Assembly: GCA_018711265.1 (NCBI GenBank)
Contig: DVIM01000067.1
Coordinates: forward strand, 26,771-90,770
DNA: 64,000 bases
Direction of reading: 5' to 3'
DNA from: Candidatus Spyradocola merdavium
Lineage (GTDB): Bacteria > Bacillota > Clostridia > Christensenellales > UBA1750
In this document: one piece after another, positions 63,967 to 64,000 of the stretch
Position numbering within the stretch: position 1 is the stretch's first letter
Layout: each line of letters starts with the position of its first letter
Made by a program: the position numbers and the translations under genes
The notes under the pieces: model-generated
The model's database searches: none
Told to the model about the DNA's origin: nothing
What the model saw: the letters and a program-made list of their open reading frames with translations, nothing else

Positions 63967-64000
63967 CGATTTTGCTCCCCTTTCACATAGAGCAGGAGGA
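63963..64000 (-). CDS. 3' end of an upstream gene, probably the ABC ATPase (truncated by the window edge)
   Basis: The reading frame ...LLLYVKGEQNR* has a TGA that overlaps the permease ATG; only 12 codons are visible. Confidence 0.35.
   Translation of the reverse strand, partial: LLLYVKGEQNR

Noticed and set aside
62473-63990. 505-aa plus-strand ORF rich in E/Q/R/D/H
   Set aside because: It is antisense to the CPBP protease and ABC-2 permease genes, which have clear TM and catalytic motifs.

Overview
This is a high-GC (about two-thirds G+C by eye) Firmicutes/Clostridia-type chromosome segment, probably from a spore-former because sigK is present. It is almost fully coding and dominated by housekeeping genes in a Bacillus-like order. 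The order runs ftsY-ylxM-ffh-rpsP-KH-rimM-trmD-rplS-rbgA-rnhB-yraN, then comM-dprA-topA-orf-trmFO-hslVU, then rnj-ylbF-mltG-U32 and a Crp/Fnr regulator with a CNNM/CorC transporter. A minus-strand block follows (NUDIX-GNAT fusion, lipoprotein, Pth2), then an uninterrupted sigK, DUF1848-LysR, and MarR with a heterodimeric ABC exporter. After these come an FHA-SEDS-bPBP operon, MoxR-DUF58-DUF4129, uvrC, HAD-hprK-glcK, a second U32 protein and mutS2. The window ends with an OmpR/HK pair plus htrA, a methyltransferase, rho, and the tail of an ABC-2/CPBP/zinc-ribbon operon that is cut by the window edge. I saw no rRNA, tRNA, CRISPR array, transposase, integrase or recognisable defence or toxin genes, and I did not find a convincing multi-gene novel system. 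The most unusual items are four. (i) A 1,244-aa protein fuses an Alg6/Alg8-like and a PMT-like GT-C glycosyltransferase module with two lectin-like domains, and a GtrA gene follows it. (ii) A promoter, an acidic 18-codon leader ORF and an intrinsic terminator sit upstream of the CNNM/CorC transporter. (iii) A single-gene low-GC island lies after hslU. (iv) Several leaders and operator-like repeats remain unexplained. Many very long ORFs in the track are antisense or out-of-frame shadows typical of high-GC DNA and were rejected. All family calls rest on motif recognition from memory; no searches were run.
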